The notes under the pieces: model-generated
The model's input: the letters and a program-made list of their open reading frames with translations, nothing else
Databases searched by the model: none
Told to the model about the DNA's origin: nothing
Part shown: piece by piece, positions 29,575 to 32,000 of the stretch
How positions within the stretch are numbered: position 1 is the first letter of the stretch
Layout of the letters: every line of letters starts with the position of its first letter
Assembly: GCF_000283555.1 (NCBI RefSeq)
Contig: NC_016012.1
Coordinates: 1,080,001 to 1,112,000, forward strand
Origin: Candidatus Arthromitus sp. SFB-rat-Yit
GTDB lineage: Bacteria > Bacillota > Clostridia > Clostridiales > Clostridiaceae
DNA length: 32,000 nt
Direction: 5' to 3'
Position numbers and translations under genes: made by a program

Positions 29575-31002
29575 ATGTTAAAAATATTTTCAAAACACTC
29601 TTTAAAACATCTTGGATTTTCATTATTGACAGTATTTGTATTATCAGGGTGTGCTAATAACACTAAACCAATTAACACTACACCTACACAAACTACTACT
29701 GAAACACAAAAAAATACAAATATTGAAACAATGGATAGACTTATTTCTGAAATCCAAAAAAGTATGGCAAAAAATTGGCCAAACATGAATAAAATTTGGC
29801 CAGATCTAGATTATTCGAACCATACTGTTATTTATGCTATATTAGGTACGGAAAATACAAATCCTATAAAACCTGTAAAAGTATGGCTCTTAACTCCAAC
29901 TGAAAAAAGAGAACTATCTCCTGAAGAATATGCAGAAATTAAATTTACATCTGAAGGTGGTTTTAACGGAATAAAATTCCAAGGAAAAGATGCAATTGTT
30001 ACCTCAAGGTTAAGTGATGCACCTATTGAAGAAAATGGATTTGATTCTACAGTTATTGATGAATATCAATTTTTAACTCATGAACTATTTCACTTATATC
30101 ATCAAAAGAATATAGCTCTTCCAGATAATTCAAACAATTCAAGATCTCAAAAATATCCTATTGATTTTGAACCAAGACTTTATAGAAATATGATACATTA
30201 TAATTTAGGAAATGCTGTTATAACAAATGATGATAATACAGCTAAAGAATTTATACAAAAAGCAGCTTACTGGTTCAACAAATGGAAAAATGAATATCCT
30301 GATGAATTTTCTGCCATTGCATCCACAGATATATTTGAAGGAGTTGCAGAATATATAGGTAGACTTTCTAATCTTGCAGGTCAAGATACTATTACTAGGG
30401 AAGATCTTTCTAAATTAATATCTATAGAATCTACTTTTTCAACTCTAGGATTGGATAGTTATGATTTAGGTTTTGTTACTTTATCAGCAATTGAAAGATT
30501 TAAACCTGATTTTAAGGAAGATTTCTCAAAATCTAAAAAATCTCCAATAGAATACCTTTTAGAAAATGTTACTCCTATTGAAGATACACCAAATGAGCAA
30601 TTATCAAACAAATTAAAACAAAATATTAATGAAATAAATGATACTTTAAATAAGTCACTTGAATATATTATTTCTTCGATAGATAATAAAAATATCCCTT
30701 ACTTGAGAATGAAGTCAGAATATAGATCAGAATACGGCTTTTCTGCAGGTGGATTCTTTAATTATAACGGATATGAAATCTTACATGGACTTGATACAGA
30801 ATTCATACAAGACTCATCAAATATTTTATATCTTAAAAATGTTAATACCTTTGAGGAAAATTCAGGTTTTATTTTAATCCCATTAACTGACAAATTTGAA
30901 ATAAATGGAGACACAATGACTTTAACAGATCCTCAAATAAAAGGAACACTTAAGGTAACTACTTCTACCGAAGATGGAAGAACAATTTATACCGTAAAAT
31001 AA
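29575..31002 (+). CDS. Lipoprotein with HExxH motif, paralog 2
   Basis: Collinear with paralog 1 along its full length. Lipobox LSGC, HELFH at 30078-30092, DIFEGVAEY. Start set at the ATG at 29575 (MLKIFSKHSLKH, matching MLKTFLKRSLKY of paralog 1), with AAGGTGA upstream. Confidence 0.85.
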   Translation: MLKIFSKHSLKHLGFSLLTVFVLSGCANNTKPINTTPTQTTTETQKNTNIETMDRLISEIQKSMAKNWPNMNKIWPDLDYSNHTVIYAILGTENTNPIKPVKVWLLTPTEKRELSPEEYAEIKFTSEGGFNGIKFQGKDAIVTSRLSDAPIEENGFDSTVIDEYQFLTHELFHLYHQKNIALPDNSNNSRSQKYPIDFEPRLYRNMIHYNLGNAVITNDDNTAKEFIQKAAYWFNKWKNEYPDEFSAIASTDIFEGVAEYIGRLSNLAGQDTITREDLSKLISIESTFSTLGLDSYDLGFVTLSAIERFKPDFKEDFSKSKKSPIEYLLENVTPIEDTPNEQLSNKLKQNINEINDTLNKSLEYIISSIDNKNIPYLRMKSEYRSEYGFSAGGFFNYNGYEILHGLDTEFIQDSSNILYLKNVNTFEENSGFILIPLTDKFEINGDTMTLTDPQIKGTLKVTTSTEDGRTIYTVK

Positions 31003-31043
31003 GAAAAGACTATTTACCAACAAATTTGGTAAATAGTCTTTTC
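31003..31043 (+). terminator. Strong hairpin immediately after lipoprotein paralog 2
   Basis: GAAAAGACTATTTACCAA-(5 nt)-TTGGTAAATAGTCTTTTC, an 18-bp perfect stem starting at the base after the stop. There is no strong T-run (TCATAT follows). Confidence 0.55.
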
Positions 31044-31292
31044 TCATATAAAAATCAACTAAATAGTTTTATTCAAACAAAAAATATAATAACTTCATAA
31101 CGAAATTATTATATTTTTATAAATGCTATCTTAAGTTTATCATAAAAAATGGTGCTATCAATCAATAATATTACATCCTTAAAATTAAGAATATAATAAA
31201 ATTAATTAATATATTTTTTTAAAAGGAGTTCATTATTATTATTACCCCTTTATTAAAACTTATACATAAATAATTTTACATATCCCCTAACT

Positions 31293-32000
31293 TCAAATAC
31301 TAATCTTTATACTACTTCCACTATTTGAGTCTATCACTTCTATCTTAGATTTTATAAAATCCTTGAGTTCCTGAACGTGTGAAATTATTCCAATAAGTTT
31401 TGATTCATCATTAGCATCTATTAAACACTCTAGAGCATTTTGAAGTGAATCAGAATCCAAAGATCCAAATCCTTCATCAATAAATAATGTATCTATAGAA
31501 ACTCCTCCTGAATATCTTTGTACTACATCTGATAATCCTAATGCCAAAGCAAGTGAAGCCTGAAAGCTTTCCCCTCCTGAAACTGCATCAAGTCTTCTTT
31601 CTTGGGAAGTTTTATTATCAAATACGCTAATTTCTAATCCTTGTGGACTTCTCATATCTATACTCTCTTTTAGATGTCTAAACAAAAATCTTCCATTTGT
31701 CAACTTTAAAAGTCTTATGTTCGCAGCTTGTATTATTTCTTTAAAATAAATTCCAAGTATATATCTCTCAAAACTAATTTTATAACTATTATTCCCATTT
31801 GCAATTTTGTTTAGCTCATTTAAATTTGTCCTTAATTTTTCACGTTTCAAAATATCTTTATTTATCTCTAAGATGCTTCTATGTACATTTTCAAGCAAAG
31901 ATTTATTTTTATGGTATTTTATTTCGCACTCTTCAATTTCCTTTAAATTATTGGTTAAATCTTCTATATGCAAAAATAATTCATCTCTATTTTTATATGG
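31293..32000 (-). CDS. sbcC: C-terminal part of exonuclease SbcC (Rad50/SMC-like ATPase), continuing past the window end
   Basis: Coiled-coil end followed by the ABC signature SGGESFQASLALALGLS, Walker B LFIDEGFGSLD and D/H-loop IGIISHV. The reading frame stays open to the window edge. Confidence 0.85.
   Translation of the reverse strand, partial: PYKNRDELFLHIEDLTNNLKEIEECEIKYHKNKSLLENVHRSILEINKDILKREKLRTNLNELNKIANGNNSYKISFERYILGIYFKEIIQAANIRLLKLTNGRFLFRHLKESIDMRSPQGLEISVFDNKTSQERRLDAVSGGESFQASLALALGLSDVVQRYSGGVSIDTLFIDEGFGSLDSDSLQNALECLIDANDESKLIGIISHVQELKDFIKSKIEVIDSNSGSSIKISI

Noticed and set aside
29550-29786. 78-aa minus-strand ORF antisense to the 5' end of lipoprotein paralog 2
   Set aside because: Same reasoning as for 28086-28352: it is a shadow of the sense-strand gene.
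31044-31292. 250-bp A/T-rich spacer between lipoprotein 2 and sbcC. It contains an AT-only inverted repeat (AATATAATAA ... TTATTATATT) and an AAAGGAG with no usable start codon.
   Set aside because: The repeats are pure A/T and expected by chance at this composition. The SD-like element is followed only by ATT codons. The AAAGGGG...CTCCTTTT hairpin on the minus strand might be a weak sbcC terminator, but it is not convincing.

Overview
Very AT-rich, low-GC Firmicute chromosome segment. It looks Clostridia-like (spoIIM, a sigma-E-type promoter, a natural FliR-FlhB fusion), but the species cannot be assigned without a database search. The window is almost fully coding and mostly on the minus strand.

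Left to right:
1. A Bce-type module (OmpR-family regulator, intramembrane-sensing kinase, ABC ATPase, start of the permease).
2. tRNA-Arg(UCG) with its own promoter and terminator, then a small COG3323/PII-like gene.
3. A 12 kb flagellar sub-operon: motA-motB-fliL-fliO-fliP-fliQ-fliR::flhB-flhA-flhF-(flhG-like)-fliA-(small TM gene)-rod-rod.
4. Thioesterase, purB and a Gfo/Idh/MocA oxidoreductase, divergent from purA.
5. A housekeeping/sporulation block nudF-spoIIM-deoB-pdp-DD-carboxypeptidase-scpA-scpB, interrupted by a solitary type I R-M specificity gene (hsdS).
6. Two tandem paralogous lipoproteins carrying an HExxH motif.
7. The 3' end of sbcC.

I saw no CRISPR array, IS element, integrase or convincing multi-gene defence island.

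The most worthwhile leads are all hypotheses from reading the sequence and need homology or structure searches:
- the uncharacterised tandem HExxH lipoprotein pair
- an FlhG-position gene that has lost its Walker A P-loop
- the terminator-insulated orphan hsdS with no hsdM/hsdR nearby
- a small single-pass membrane gene in the swrB-like position after fliA
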